A stretch of DNA of 64,000 bases from Escherichia phage vB_EcoM-pEB20: sequence record OP114733. The stretch is one strand, 5' to 3'. Of this stretch, positions 25,168 to 35,991 are shown piece by piece (within the stretch, counting starts at the first letter, position 1; each line of letters starts with the position of its first letter). The translations under genes were made by a program, and so were the position numbers. A model generated the notes under the pieces. The model had not been told where the DNA came from and ran no database searches. It saw nothing but the letters and a program-made list of their open reading frames with translations.

Positions 25168-27137
25168 TGTGAAATAGGCTCCAAATCTATAGTTAAGTAC
25201 TGAGGACGTAAGTCATTTTCGAATACGATTAACGAACCATCCTTTGTAAAAATAATATCATCTGCAGGGTCGGAATAAAGTTCAATTGTTTGAACTTCAA
25301 AACGGTCTGAAGTGAGGTCAATTTTAGCAATGTTCCAATAAATCGAATCGGCAGGATAATTCACTTCACCAATTGAATAGTATTTGTTTCGTCCGTCAGT
25401 AACAGTAAGTTTATTAAAATCATTACCTGTATAAGGTTGTATATTTTCGTTTTCAACAACATCGCCATCTGCAAATGGACCAATAATAACTTGACCTATG
25501 CCACGGTCATTACGGTCAGAAGATACTATGCGAACACCATATTTAATAGTTTCGTTTGCATTTTCTGGATTAGGTCTGTGCGAATCAAACGAGAATATAT
25601 TAGATTCCATCGATCTATCTTTAATCTGATTATTGTATTTAATACCGGCCTCAGGCGTTTTATAGAAGTTTTGTACTTCTCGAACCATTTGAATAGTAGC
25701 TGAAGAACCAATAATAGAAATATCTGCGTCATCGACATAAGTTAGCATTTTAGATTTTGCAAACGATGAGTTAAAAATTTCTACATCTTCAATATAATAA
25801 CGGTCAATTTTATTAATAATTTGCCCTTCAAGATATTGTTCTGATTCTTGGAGTTTATTCAACGCGTATGTAACTTTGATATTCATTTTGATAAACAAAT
25901 AATCAGGCGAAATAACAACAGGTGTAATAGTCCCTAAGTTATAATCATTCAAATAGTTTTTGATATCATCACGTTGGACAGAAGTCAAATACAATCCAGA
26001 TTTAGGCTTAGCAGCAATATATGCGTACCCGGGTTTAGATGAATCTGTGAATGTTTGAACTGCTTGAATAATAGAACCAAACCGCTCAGAGACGAATGTG
26101 TCATAGTCGGAAGCGGTTACACAACGTTGTTGAGTTTCGCGTTTAATTGTGCCTAATTCTCTAATACGTTCAATATCTTCAGGGTCTCCGCCACCATCGG
26201 CCCCAACAAAGTCTGGGTTATTGCTAGGGTTCTCATTAATATCGATTACCGTGATATTAGCTAATGTATCAGCATAAGAAAATCCTACAGCACCGTTAGC
26301 ATCTGCGCCATTAGTAGAAATATACTCAATTACGATTTTAGAACCCTGAACAGGTTTAAGGCCACCAATATAGTTAGATGTTAACGCACCTTCTGACGTG
26401 TTAATAGAGATTTCGCCTTCACCAAAATAAAATTCGGTGTTCCCATCAACTGTTTCACGCATATAATAGATTGTTGACGTAGAACCAGCGTGAACCATCG
26501 ACTTACGAGTCCAGTTAATCCATTCTGCTCCGTCAACATACAACTTAACCAAATTACGGTCAATATTCTTATCACGAATAATGATAGGTTTTAATCTATC
26601 AAATGTTAATTCAGTGCGAACAATACGTCCTTGAGCTAATCGAAGACGTGGAAAATATTGGTTATTTTTGTCTTTAACTACAATGACATCTTCAGTAGAA
26701 ACAAAGTTATATGGGTTAACAGAAGTATCTTTAGCGTATGCTAAGAAACGAGTGCCACGTGGAATGGTGATATAGTTTCTATTCAAAGCGTCAGTACACG
26801 TAAGCATGATTTCTGTTTGTGCAGCCGATTTGGATGCAGGCAGATATCCGTTATCTTGAGCCGCTTGTACAACAGAACTACGCAAGTTTGCAGTACGCAT
26901 AAAACTTTCATACACTGCACTATTACTAAACTGTTGGATGTAAAGAGTGTTATATGCTAAAAGGTCGCACAATACGTTTAAGCGTGAACCTTCAAAATCG
27001 TAATCAAGAAATTCATTCTGCCCGTTGAGCCATTCTATAATGTTCTGTTTGATTTCGGCAAATGTGCCCCCGATAAAAATCTCGGGAATAGCATTCGCTG
27101 TTCGGGTTAATTGATAATTTACAGGAGTGTTTGCCAT
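25164..27137 (-). CDS. 6: baseplate wedge protein gp6
   Basis: start trimmed to MANTPVNYQLTRTANAIPEIF as in T4 gp6; about 657 aa. Confidence 0.9.
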   Translation of the reverse strand: MANTPVNYQLTRTANAIPEIFIGGTFAEIKQNIIEWLNGQNEFLDYDFEGSRLNVLCDLLAYNTLYIQQFSNSAVYESFMRTANLRSSVVQAAQDNGYLPASKSAAQTEIMLTCTDALNRNYITIPRGTRFLAYAKDTSVNPYNFVSTEDVIVVKDKNNQYFPRLRLAQGRIVRTELTFDRLKPIIIRDKNIDRNLVKLYVDGAEWINWTRKSMVHAGSTSTIYYMRETVDGNTEFYFGEGEISINTSEGALTSNYIGGLKPVQGSKIVIEYISTNGADANGAVGFSYADTLANITVIDINENPSNNPDFVGADGGGDPEDIERIRELGTIKRETQQRCVTASDYDTFVSERFGSIIQAVQTFTDSSKPGYAYIAAKPKSGLYLTSVQRDDIKNYLNDYNLGTITPVVISPDYLFIKMNIKVTYALNKLQESEQYLEGQIINKIDRYYIEDVEIFNSSFAKSKMLTYVDDADISIIGSSATIQMVREVQNFYKTPEAGIKYNNQIKDRSMESNIFSFDSHRPNPENANETIKYGVRIVSSDRNDRGIGQVIIGPFADGDVVENENIQPYTGNDFNKLTVTDGRNKYYSIGEVNYPADSIYWNIAKIDLTSDRFEVQTIELYSDPADDIIFTKDGSLIVFENDLRPQYLTIDLEPISQ

Positions 27138-27145
27138 TTTAATTC

Positions 27146-27439
27146 CTATTTTATAAAGACTTTTGACGAGGCCTGAGAAACAGTATCCCCGCATGAAATT
27201 GGGTCAGCCATTTGAACGGCCTTTTTACCGGTGACGTATACTTTAGATGTACGAGGTTCAGTAACACCTCCATGAGTCTCGTATGGTTTTTTAATTTCTG
27301 TATGAGGTGTTATTTGGTCTCCTGCCACAAGAACAGGAATACCGCCGGTGAACACTTTAGATTGGGAAGCATTTATTACAGTAGGAGGCCATGCTTCATG
27401 ACCTGCTGTAACGCACTTGTCGTAACTTAAGCCAGACAT
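27146..27439 (-). CDS. 5.4: PAAR-repeat spike tip protein gp5.4
   Basis: start trimmed to [21 protein letters not shown]; 97 aa as T4 gp5.4. Confidence 0.85.
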   Translation of the reverse strand: MSGLSYDKCVTAGHEAWPPTVINASQSKVFTGGIPVLVAGDQITPHTEIKKPYETHGGVTEPRTSKVYVTGKKAVQMADPISCGDTVSQASSKVFIK

Positions 27440-27441
27440 TT

Positions 27442-27957
27442 TCACGGCCTCACATAAACATAGTTTCGTAATTGATGAGCCCATTTGCTCCAATTTCCTA
27501 CTATAGTTTTTGTATAAACCTTAGTAAGAGTTTTTTGTACTGGAGCCGGTGGAGGTTCTGTACCAGAGTCACTTCTAGAACCGCCTGATGAATTTTCTTC
27601 TTGGTAGTTATAAATCATTTCAACCGTATAACTAAACACTTTACGAAGATTCTGAGGAGCTCTCCACAAATATAACTGTGTGGATTCATCTTTTGGTAAA
27701 TCATCCCATGAAGATGCGGTTTCAAAATCATCATTTAATCGGTATTTCAATGCATTTGAAGAAAAGCTAAACACACTTTCATATGTTCCATATAAACGAT
27801 TGCCATCTACCGTAATGCCTTGTGTCGGTTCATAATCTGTTATATTTATTGACACTAAAGTTTCGGTTGTTTCTAACTGTGGAGTAAAAAGGACGTCAAT
27901 AGACGCCCCTTCCATGTCTTCTCCTAAGTCGGTATTTAAAGGAAGTATTTGTGCCAT
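27442..27957 (-). CDS. conserved baseplate-region protein (5.1-like, by position)
   Basis: 171 aa ORF between gene 5 and 5.4. Confidence 0.55.
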   Translation of the reverse strand: MAQILPLNTDLGEDMEGASIDVLFTPQLETTETLVSINITDYEPTQGITVDGNRLYGTYESVFSFSSNALKYRLNDDFETASSWDDLPKDESTQLYLWRAPQNLRKVFSYTVEMIYNYQEENSSGGSRSDSGTEPPPAPVQKTLTKVYTKTIVGNWSKWAHQLRNYVYVRP

Positions 27958-27960
27958 ATA

Positions 27961-29694
27961 TTACCCAATATCAATACGAGATCCGTCAACGGTGTATTGT
28001 CCTGAAGCTACTGAGCTCATTGTAGACATTGTTTCCGCCCAATCCCCGGCAACAGTTATATCAACATTACCATTAACAGTCCATTTAACGTTTCCGTTGA
28101 CGGTGTAATCATGATTCCCTTCGACCTGAGTTTTAGCATCACCTTTAACAAGAATATCTGCATTTCCGTCAACAACTATTTTGATATTACCCTTAACGTA
28201 AAGAGTTCCATCGCCTTCAACAGTTTTAGATTGGTTACCACGAATAAAGATTGTGTCATTGCCGTCTATTTGATGGAGGCGGTCTGCCATGTTATAATAT
28301 ATTTCATTAGCACCAACGTTAACAAGCTTATCGCCAGAAATCAAAAAGTTCCCATCACCATTAGTGATGTCAAAAAGGTCTTCTACAGTTTTACGAGTAC
28401 GACGGCCGGATGGAGAAACTTCCTCATATGACCCTGTTGGATGAACTAAGCGATAACGTTCATTACCTGGAGTATCGTCAAATTCTTGGATATGACCACT
28501 TTCTGTTTCCATAGCATGAACGTATGGATACTCACCACGATAACTTGATTCTGGTTCTTTAAAAAGGATGCGTGAATCTAATGGAACAGGAGGACCAGCC
28601 GGGTCTTCCGGATCGGTATTTCTAGTAACTAAATCGGCACCAACTCCTGGTGAAGGCGGCGTTTTAACAGGGACACCGTATGATTCCATGTTACCGGTTA
28701 AAATAATTGTTGTTACACGTGAAGCGCGTCCTTTAGTCTGTTGGAACCATAATGAATCGCGTCCAGATTTGTATGCAGTTTTCCAATCGCCTGTGGCCAT
28801 TGCTTTAAGCATAGTATTGAATTTTGCTACGCCACCAACGCCCATTTGGAAGCACATGTTTTCTAATGCCATTTGGCGAGATCTGTTCATTTTAGCATAA
28901 ACAGGACCTACTTTAGAATTAGAACGAATGTCTTTCTGCATCTTAGCAAGGTCTTTCTCAAATAACGCTGTTGCTTCTTCTAATGTAATAGTTCCGGGAT
29001 TTCCTGTTACTTCACGCCCTACTTGATCGGATAACAATTTATTAATTCGAGACATATCTCGGGTCTTTTCCATTACGATAAGGTGTCCAATACCTACTGT
29101 AGGATACCCGAGATGGTCCCAATACACTTTATCACGAAGACCTTCGTCACGACGTAACATTTCTGTTATTGTAAAATTAGGGTCATCATCTTCTGGAATA
29201 TTTGCTAAATCTGTATCGTCTGGGTTTATACCATAATCCAAGTTGTTATCTTGAATTACGTTAGAGTTCGAATAATAACCAGCTTCACCACCTTGGTTTA
29301 ATACGTTCGTATCATTACCTAAACGTCGCGGATACTGGCCTGTCGGGTCTGAAAAACCTTCAAGTCTATTAGGCTTTTCACGTACGATTCCGCCGTATGT
29401 ACCAAGTACGATCCCGTTTGTTTTCCATTTGTCTAAGAAATGACCATATACTCGAGTTCCTTCAACAGGACCTGTAACAGAACCACCAATACCTGACATT
29501 GATGCAGACGTAATAGGTTGAATAACAGTCATCCATGGAAGTTTTTCAGTAGGAATACCCTGCACATCGCCTTGTACTCTCTGTGCGGGATGAAGACCAA
29601 CGACTCGAACTCGAACTCGCCCTTGTTTTAATGGGTCCATTCTGTCCTCGACAACACCCACGAACCAATTAAGGCTACTGCTAATCATTTCCAT
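27961..29694 (-). CDS. 5: baseplate hub / tail lysozyme gp5
   Basis: 577 aa; N-term MEMISSSLNWFVGVVED; lysozyme motif GYPTVGIGHLI; C-terminal VxGxxxV beta-helix repeats. Confidence 0.93.
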   Translation of the reverse strand: MEMISSSLNWFVGVVEDRMDPLKQGRVRVRVVGLHPAQRVQGDVQGIPTEKLPWMTVIQPITSASMSGIGGSVTGPVEGTRVYGHFLDKWKTNGIVLGTYGGIVREKPNRLEGFSDPTGQYPRRLGNDTNVLNQGGEAGYYSNSNVIQDNNLDYGINPDDTDLANIPEDDDPNFTITEMLRRDEGLRDKVYWDHLGYPTVGIGHLIVMEKTRDMSRINKLLSDQVGREVTGNPGTITLEEATALFEKDLAKMQKDIRSNSKVGPVYAKMNRSRQMALENMCFQMGVGGVAKFNTMLKAMATGDWKTAYKSGRDSLWFQQTKGRASRVTTIILTGNMESYGVPVKTPPSPGVGADLVTRNTDPEDPAGPPVPLDSRILFKEPESSYRGEYPYVHAMETESGHIQEFDDTPGNERYRLVHPTGSYEEVSPSGRRTRKTVEDLFDITNGDGNFLISGDKLVNVGANEIYYNMADRLHQIDGNDTIFIRGNQSKTVEGDGTLYVKGNIKIVVDGNADILVKGDAKTQVEGNHDYTVNGNVKWTVNGNVDITVAGDWAETMSTMSSVASGQYTVDGSRIDIG

Positions 29695-30269
29695 TATGCA
29701 ATCTCCATCTCACGAATCAAATCAGTAATAAACGAGTTTATATCTTCTTTTGCAACAATTTTTATTTTACGAAGTTTTTCGTTATCTAATACTGCCGCTT
29801 CATAAATATCTACTGCAGCTAAAGGTCCTTTATATTGTGGATACTTACGAGCTTCATCACCTTTATCGTACCACACTAAAGGCTCGTCAGGATATGAAAC
29901 CAAATTGTAAAATTTCTCACGGTTCTCATTAATATGGTAAAGAACTTGGTCGCCGCCTGCATTAGCATATTTCTGAATAGAAGCTTGATACGCTGCTTCC
30001 TGAGATGTAATCCAACCATAATACGGGTCGTAGTTATCGTTGCACATCAAAAGAACCCAGTATAATTGAGGGTTGCCATAAATGATATTCGCTAGTTCTT
30101 CAGGACGCGGAGAGCCTTTAATATAATAAGAACGTAATCTATAATTGGCAGCAACACGCTTAAAGTACTCTTTATAGTTACGAAATATGTCTGTCATAGG
30201 AATAGTAGGTGCATTCTTATCAACTGTTTTAGCACTATATCCTATTGGGTCGAAGAATGTAAATAACAA
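29694..30269 (-). CDS. 53: baseplate wedge protein gp53
   Basis: 191 aa; N-term MLFTFFDPI; adjacent to gene 5. Confidence 0.85.
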   Translation of the reverse strand: MLFTFFDPIGYSAKTVDKNAPTIPMTDIFRNYKEYFKRVAANYRLRSYYIKGSPRPEELANIIYGNPQLYWVLLMCNDNYDPYYGWITSQEAAYQASIQKYANAGGDQVLYHINENREKFYNLVSYPDEPLVWYDKGDEARKYPQYKGPLAAVDIYEAAVLDNEKLRKIKIVAKEDINSFITDLIREMEIA

Positions 30270-30296
30270 GATAGTCTCCTTCCAATATGAAATTGG

Positions 30297-30304
30297 TATA
30301 AATA
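30297..30304 (+). promoter_or_regulatory. late promoter TATAAATA for gene 4
   Basis: TATAAATA 27 bp upstream of gene 4 ATG, followed by AAGGAGG. Confidence 0.55.
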
Positions 30305-30311
30305 ATAATAC

Positions 30312-30319
30312 TATTTATA
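30312..30319 (-). promoter_or_regulatory. late promoter TATAAATA for gene 53
   Basis: rc TATAAATA back-to-back with the gene 4 promoter. Confidence 0.45.
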
Positions 30320-30330
30320 AGGAGGACAAC

Positions 30331-30780
30331 ATGGCCTACTCTGGTAAATGGGTCCCAAAAAATTTAAAAAAATACCGTGGAGACCATACCAAAATAACGT
30401 ATCGTTCAAACTGGGAAAAATTCTTTTTCGAATGGTTGGATAAAAATCCAGAAATTATTGCATGGGGTAGTGAAACAGCAGTAATTCCATATTTTTGTAA
30501 TGCTGAAGGTAAGAAACGTCGATACTATATGGACATATGGATGAAAGATGCATCAGGCCAAGAGTTCTTTGTAGAAATAAAACCAAAGAAAGAAACTCAG
30601 CCACCTATTAAACCGGTGAATCTTACAACTGCGGCTAAGAAACGTTATATGAATGAAATCTACACGTGGTCTGTGAACTGTGACAAATGGAAAGCTGCTT
30701 CTGCTGTTGCAGAAAAGAGAAATATAAAATTTCGAGTTCTTACCGAAGACGGACTTAGGAAACTCGGATACAAGGGGTAA
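30331..30780 (+). CDS. 4: head completion protein gp4
   Basis: start at [12 protein letters not shown] after strong SD; 150 aa as T4 gp4. Confidence 0.88.
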   Translation: MAYSGKWVPKNLKKYRGDHTKITYRSNWEKFFFEWLDKNPEIIAWGSETAVIPYFCNAEGKKRRYYMDIWMKDASGQEFFVEIKPKKETQPPIKPVNLTTAAKKRYMNEIYTWSVNCDKWKAASAVAEKRNIKFRVLTEDGLRKLGYKG

Positions 30781-30782
30781 TT

Positions 30783-31604
30783 ATGAGCATATTCCAAATT
30801 ATATCTGAAGGCGTACAAGCCCCTAAGATTGCTCAGTCTATGAATGAAAGAAAATGGATTGAGATAGGATTAGAATACAAGAAAGCTAAAGAGAAAGGAA
30901 TCACTGCAAAAGCATTTGCAGAATCAAAAGGAATAAAATATTCATCGTTTACATCTGCAATGTCTAGATATGCCTCGTCTATTAAAACTGCCCAGAAAAT
31001 TGAAACGCTTGAATCTAAACCTAAAAATAAACTCAATAAGCAAGAACGTCAACTTCTGATGATAAACTCGTTTCGTAGTTCAATACGAGAAAAGATTAGA
31101 AACGAAGGCGCAGCAGTAAACAACAAATCATCTAAGTGGTTTGCTGAAACGATTAAGAAAAGTGTAAAAGGTCATAAAGTAGTCAAGCCTACACCAGGCA
31201 AAATTTATACTTACGTGTATGATGCTAAACATAAAGATACTCTGCCGTATTGGGACAGATATCCTTTGATTATTTATTTAGGATTAGGTAAACATAATTT
31301 GATGTATGGGTTAAACTTGCACTATATCCCACCTAAAGCACGTCAACAGTTTCTTGAAGAATTGCTGAAGCAATATGCTAGCACAACTACTATTACTAAT
31401 AACACAAAGTTGAAGATAGACTGGAGCAAGGTGAAAGGATTTCAAGGTGCTGATAAAATGATTAAAGCGTACCTGCCTGGTCATATTAAGGGAACAATAA
31501 CAGAAATCGCTCCTAAAGACTGGGCCAACATAATCATGTTACCTACTCAGCAGTTTATGTCAAAAGGAAAACGTTTCTCGGCGAATACTGTTTGGAAATC
31601 TTAA
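30783..31604 (+). CDS. 2: DNA end protector protein gp2
   Basis: 273 aa; order 4-2-3-1 as in T4. Confidence 0.85.
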   Translation: MSIFQIISEGVQAPKIAQSMNERKWIEIGLEYKKAKEKGITAKAFAESKGIKYSSFTSAMSRYASSIKTAQKIETLESKPKNKLNKQERQLLMINSFRSSIREKIRNEGAAVNNKSSKWFAETIKKSVKGHKVVKPTPGKIYTYVYDAKHKDTLPYWDRYPLIIYLGLGKHNLMYGLNLHYIPPKARQQFLEELLKQYASTTTITNNTKLKIDWSKVKGFQGADKMIKAYLPGHIKGTITEIAPKDWANIIMLPTQQFMSKGKRFSANTVWKS

Positions 31605-31706
31605 TTCTATTCTCTTCCGTTCTTCTGATATTCTGTTGAACCGGATTAATGGAAGAGACCTAAAACCATTATACTGCATTTTTATTAAAGCGTTTTTGAG
31701 GTGCTT

Positions 31707-32291
31707 ATGACTCGTCCAACGAGACAGATTTTTAACCAAACAAATATAACAAACTTTGTTGTAGATATCCCAGATAGTACACGAACTTCAGGTTTTGTGC
31801 TCAATGCCCAAACGGCTCCACTACCTGGTGTGAGAATTCCTGTTGTTGAAACAGTGACCGGCACGATGGGGTTAGGACGTGCAATGCGTGCAGGCACCAC
31901 ATTTGAATATGACCCTTTTGTTGTACGATTTATAGTTGATGAAGACATGACGTCCTGGATGAACATGTATAAATGGATGCTCAGCACTAATAACTATATA
32001 ACCGGACATAATACGGCACACTCCGATGGTCCTGAGTTTGTTACTTTGCACATTTTAAACAACAATAAGACAGAAGTAGTTTTGACGGCGAATTTCTATA
32101 AACCATGGATTTCTGATTTGAGTGAAATTGAATTTAGTTACACTGAAGATTCTGACCCTGCCGTTACGTGCGTAGCAACTATTCACTACGCGTATATGAC
32201 GATAGAAAAGGATGGCGAAGTCATTGTATCTCAACAACCGCGTCAAGCGGTCGAATCTAAATCCATTTCTAGACACCCTTCCTTGCGTTAA
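31707..32291 (+). CDS. 3: tail tube terminator gp3
   Basis: ATG MTRPTRQIF after GAGGTG; position between 2 and 1. Confidence 0.8.
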   Translation: MTRPTRQIFNQTNITNFVVDIPDSTRTSGFVLNAQTAPLPGVRIPVVETVTGTMGLGRAMRAGTTFEYDPFVVRFIVDEDMTSWMNMYKWMLSTNNYITGHNTAHSDGPEFVTLHILNNNKTEVVLTANFYKPWISDLSEIEFSYTEDSDPAVTCVATIHYAYMTIEKDGEVIVSQQPRQAVESKSISRHPSLR

Positions 32292-32344
32292 TCGCTTCTA
32301 GCTCCGTATGTTATAATCGCTCATAAATTATATGAGGAAAACCT

Positions 32345-33079
32345 ATGGAGCTAATCTTTTTAAGTGGCATCAAACGTAGTGGTAAAGACACTACTGCTGA
32401 TTACATCAATTCAAACTTTAAATCTGTAAAATATCAATTAGCATATCCAATTAAAGACGCTTTAGCAATTGCCTGGGGTCGTAGGCATGCTGAAAATCCT
32501 GATGTATTCACAGAGTTGAAATACGAATACTTTGAAGGCATTGGATACGACCGTGAAACACCATTAAATCTCAATAAGTTGGATGTTATTGAATTATTGG
32601 AAGAAGCGCTAATTTATTTGCAAAGTCAATATTTGCCGATTAATAATGTTAAAGTATTATCATCGTTAGAAGGTGGATATTCGTATCTAGATATTAAACC
32701 ATATGAAGCCCTGCGTGAAGCTATAAATAATATCAACGACACATGGTCAATCCGCCGTCTTATGCAAGCCCTCGGTACGGATGTTGTCGTTAATTTATTT
32801 GACCGTATGTATTGGGTTAAACTTTTTGCATTAAACTATATGGATTATATTGGAAGTGATTTCGATTACTATGTTGTAACCGATACACGCCAAGTCCATG
32901 AAATGGAAACCGCTAGAGCGATGGGTGCTACAGTTATTCATGTGGTTCGCTCTGGTACGGAATCCACCGATAAACATATTACAGAAGCTGGGTTGCCTAT
33001 TGAAGAAGGCGATTTAGTTATTACAAACGACGGCTCTTTAGAAGAGCTTTATTCTAAAATTGAAACAATCTTAAGGTAA
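32345..33079 (+). CDS. 1: deoxynucleoside monophosphate kinase gp1
   Basis: 244 aa; P-loop GIKRSGKDT. Confidence 0.9.
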   Translation: MELIFLSGIKRSGKDTTADYINSNFKSVKYQLAYPIKDALAIAWGRRHAENPDVFTELKYEYFEGIGYDRETPLNLNKLDVIELLEEALIYLQSQYLPINNVKVLSSLEGGYSYLDIKPYEALREAINNINDTWSIRRLMQALGTDVVVNLFDRMYWVKLFALNYMDYIGSDFDYYVVTDTRQVHEMETARAMGATVIHVVRSGTESTDKHITEAGLPIEEGDLVITNDGSLEELYSKIETILR

Positions 33080-33083
33080 TAAA

Positions 33084-33769
<686 letters not shown>

Positions 33770-33783
33770 TTTTCACAAAAACA

Positions 33784-33813
33784 GTTTACATAAGGATGAT
33801 GGTGTGTTACTAT
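33784..33813 (+). promoter_or_regulatory. T4-type early promoter
   Basis: GTTTACA then spacer then gtgTTACTAT upstream of 33850. Confidence 0.4.
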
Positions 33814-33849
33814 CATCCTATCAAATAAACAAACCAAACGGAAAAACAA

Positions 33850-34161
33850 ATGAAAACTTATCAAGAGTTTATCGCTGAAGCTACTAAAGCCGATAAAAAT
33901 TTTATTATTAACACCACCGGTCCGTTAGATGATGAATACGCTAATGCTATTATTAAGTCAATTTCTAATCAAGGCGTTGAAGTAACAAATTTCGAATATA
34001 AGAAAAATGATACTTATATGGTAATTAGTATCAAAAAAGGTTCAAAGGCTAAAATTAAATCTGCATTTGGTGTTATGCGAGTTGACCAAATTGATAACCA
34101 TGATTTTTCACAAACAGGGGTCAAACGCCAGAATACTATTTCATCTAAAGGCATAAAATAA
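33850..34161 (+). CDS. internal protein with capsid-targeting sequence
   Basis: N-terminus MKTYQEFIAE matches the T4 internal-protein CTS. Confidence 0.7.
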   Translation: MKTYQEFIAEATKADKNFIINTTGPLDDEYANAIIKSISNQGVEVTNFEYKKNDTYMVISIKKGSKAKIKSAFGVMRVDQIDNHDFSQTGVKRQNTISSKGIK

Positions 34162-34190
34162 TTTACAACACGATAGGACTATGTTATAGT
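34161..34190 (+). promoter_or_regulatory. early promoter in stem-loop cassette (PeSL-like)
   Basis: ATTTACA -35; 9-bp inverted repeat ataggacta/tagtcctat around the -10. Confidence 0.4.
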
Positions 34191-34222
34191 AGTCCTATCA
34201 AAACAACAAAATGGAACCTAAA

Positions 34223-34486
34223 ATGAAAACTTTCAACGAATTCATCTCAGAATCGTCTGGTATGAAAATTAACAAAGCGGTCAATCAGGTTATTGCTGAT
34301 ATTCTTAATTTGTATAACATTGACTTAACTCCGCATATCACGCTTGGTAACAAACGAAACTTTTTCGTATTTGACACATCCGAACTTGATGAAAATCAGT
34401 TCAATAACATTCAACGTTTTGCGAATGATAAAGGTCTTCGACACGAGCCTGGTGGCTATAAAAAATACGCAATATATTTGAAATAA
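34223..34486 (+). CDS. internal-protein-like (CTS variant)
   Basis: N-terminus MKTFNEFISE. Confidence 0.55.
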   Translation: MKTFNEFISESSGMKINKAVNQVIADILNLYNIDLTPHITLGNKRNFFVFDTSELDENQFNNIQRFANDKGLRHEPGGYKKYAIYLK

Positions 34487-34555
34487 AGGTATACAAGCCT
34501 ATAGGGATATGTTATAGTAGTCCTATCAAAACAAATGAGTAAATGGAGAAATAAA

Positions 34556-34741
34556 ATGAAACGCGCTGAACTGATTCGTAATGTTGCTGTAGTAATTGCT
34601 TCAATGGCTTTTAGCTTTTCAATGTTTGTAGGATTCATTTGTGGACTACTGACAACAACTGAAAACTCTATCTCATTGGTAGTAGCATTTCTAATCGGCT
34701 TAATCGCTATCGTTATGGATAAAATTGCAAAAGGTGAGTAA
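34556..34741 (+). CDS. small membrane protein
   Basis: about 61 aa with two hydrophobic helices; in-frame ATG also at 34535. Confidence 0.5.
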   Translation: MKRAELIRNVAVVIASMAFSFSMFVGFICGLLTTTENSISLVVAFLIGLIAIVMDKIAKGE

Positions 34742-34742
34742 A

Positions 34743-35105
34743 ATGAAATATCACGTATATGCTGATTTTGAAGCAAATCCTTCTAAAGACCCTGATTGCC
34801 GTTTGATACGCAGACCATTTGATTCAGCGGCTCAAGCATGGGCTTGGATTAAAACTTGTACTCCTTCTTACACTTTCTTTGAAGTGGTAGACGATAACGG
34901 TGTTCTGCATCCGGAACCTACAGAAACTATTAATTTCCTTCTGTTTGCTGGTTACGATTGTTATCCTCTTGGCGGTATTGATGATCTTGTTGCTACAGGA
35001 AAAACTGTTGAGGCTCTTCGCGAAATTTATAAAAACGCAGAAGAAAATTTTGACTGGTATCATATTGTTGATGCTCATACCTTTGAAGTGGTGGAACATT
35101 CATGA
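34743..35105 (+). CDS. hypothetical protein
   Basis: ORF with AAGGTGAG SD. Confidence 0.5.
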   Translation: MKYHVYADFEANPSKDPDCRLIRRPFDSAAQAWAWIKTCTPSYTFFEVVDDNGVLHPEPTETINFLLFAGYDCYPLGGIDDLVATGKTVEALREIYKNAEENFDWYHIVDAHTFEVVEHS

Positions 35106-35392
35106 TTCTTTATGCTAAAGTGTCATCTATTGAGAACGGATACGAAAGCGATCAACGTGCAGCTAAAGCACTAGTCGATGACTACGGTATTCTGACTAAC
35201 TTTGAGGTTGAAAAGGTTTACATCGACCGTTCGTCTTCACAGGTCAAATTACTATGGGAAGACCGTAAATTTAATACAGTGAACTTTGATTTCTTTATTG
35301 AAACTGAATCAGGTCCAATGGAATATAATATTTTCAAGAATCCTTTGAAATTACGTTGCATTGAATATAATTACATTAATATGGTACGGTGA
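35102..35392 (+). CDS. hypothetical protein
   Basis: 96 aa ORF, ATGA overlap with upstream. Confidence 0.5.
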   Translation: MILYAKVSSIENGYESDQRAAKALVDDYGILTNFEVEKVYIDRSSSQVKLLWEDRKFNTVNFDFFIETESGPMEYNIFKNPLKLRCIEYNYINMVR

Positions 35393-35396
35393 GTAA

Positions 35397-35912
35397 ATGA
35401 ATATTTGTTTAGGCAGTACAATTCCTAAGGGTTACGTAATTGATGTCACCACTTCGGAAAATGATGGTGACAACTATAAAACTAAAACGTTGTTTGGTGT
35501 AGAAGAGCATGAGCTCCAACAGTTTAAATATCTCTTGAAGAAATTTAAGAGTCGTCATTCTAGCACTAAAGCTGAACATTACTGTGGTAATACACCATTC
35601 AGTGATTGCTCGCTTTTAATCTATGAATACTTGGTTGAAGGACTGTTCTCAGACCAGCTTTATCCAGAATTCATTAAAAAGGTCTTTGATATTGAAGTCG
35701 ACCTCGGTAATAAATCTGAAGAAGATGAATCACGTGTATTTGACCTGTTCCGTGAGAATGGATATTTGGTATCAGAAGGTCTCATTGATATTCTCGGCCA
35801 TGCTTCTGAATATTATGATTATGATTTCTTGCGTGTAGTTGAATGTGTTGAATTTGCTTATATTGAAGAAGAAATCGTTTTGCCGACTGTTAAAATGATT
35901 GATTTGCTTTAA
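35397..35912 (+). CDS. hypothetical acidic protein
   Basis: 171 aa ORF. Confidence 0.5.
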   Translation: MNICLGSTIPKGYVIDVTTSENDGDNYKTKTLFGVEEHELQQFKYLLKKFKSRHSSTKAEHYCGNTPFSDCSLLIYEYLVEGLFSDQLYPEFIKKVFDIEVDLGNKSEEDESRVFDLFRENGYLVSEGLIDILGHASEYYDYDFLRVVECVEFAYIEEEIVLPTVKMIDLL

Positions 35913-35991
35913 GAATTATGTGTTATTATTAATTCATACCCTCTATTACCAAAGGTGCTCTAAAGTGCCTTTCATAATAGAAAGTTATTTA

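Noticed and set aside
30187-30330. Long N-terminal extension of gene 4 in the ORF track (start at 30187)
   Set aside because: The extension overlaps gene 53 and the late promoters; the ATG at 30331 has a strong SD and gives the expected MAYSGKW N-terminus.
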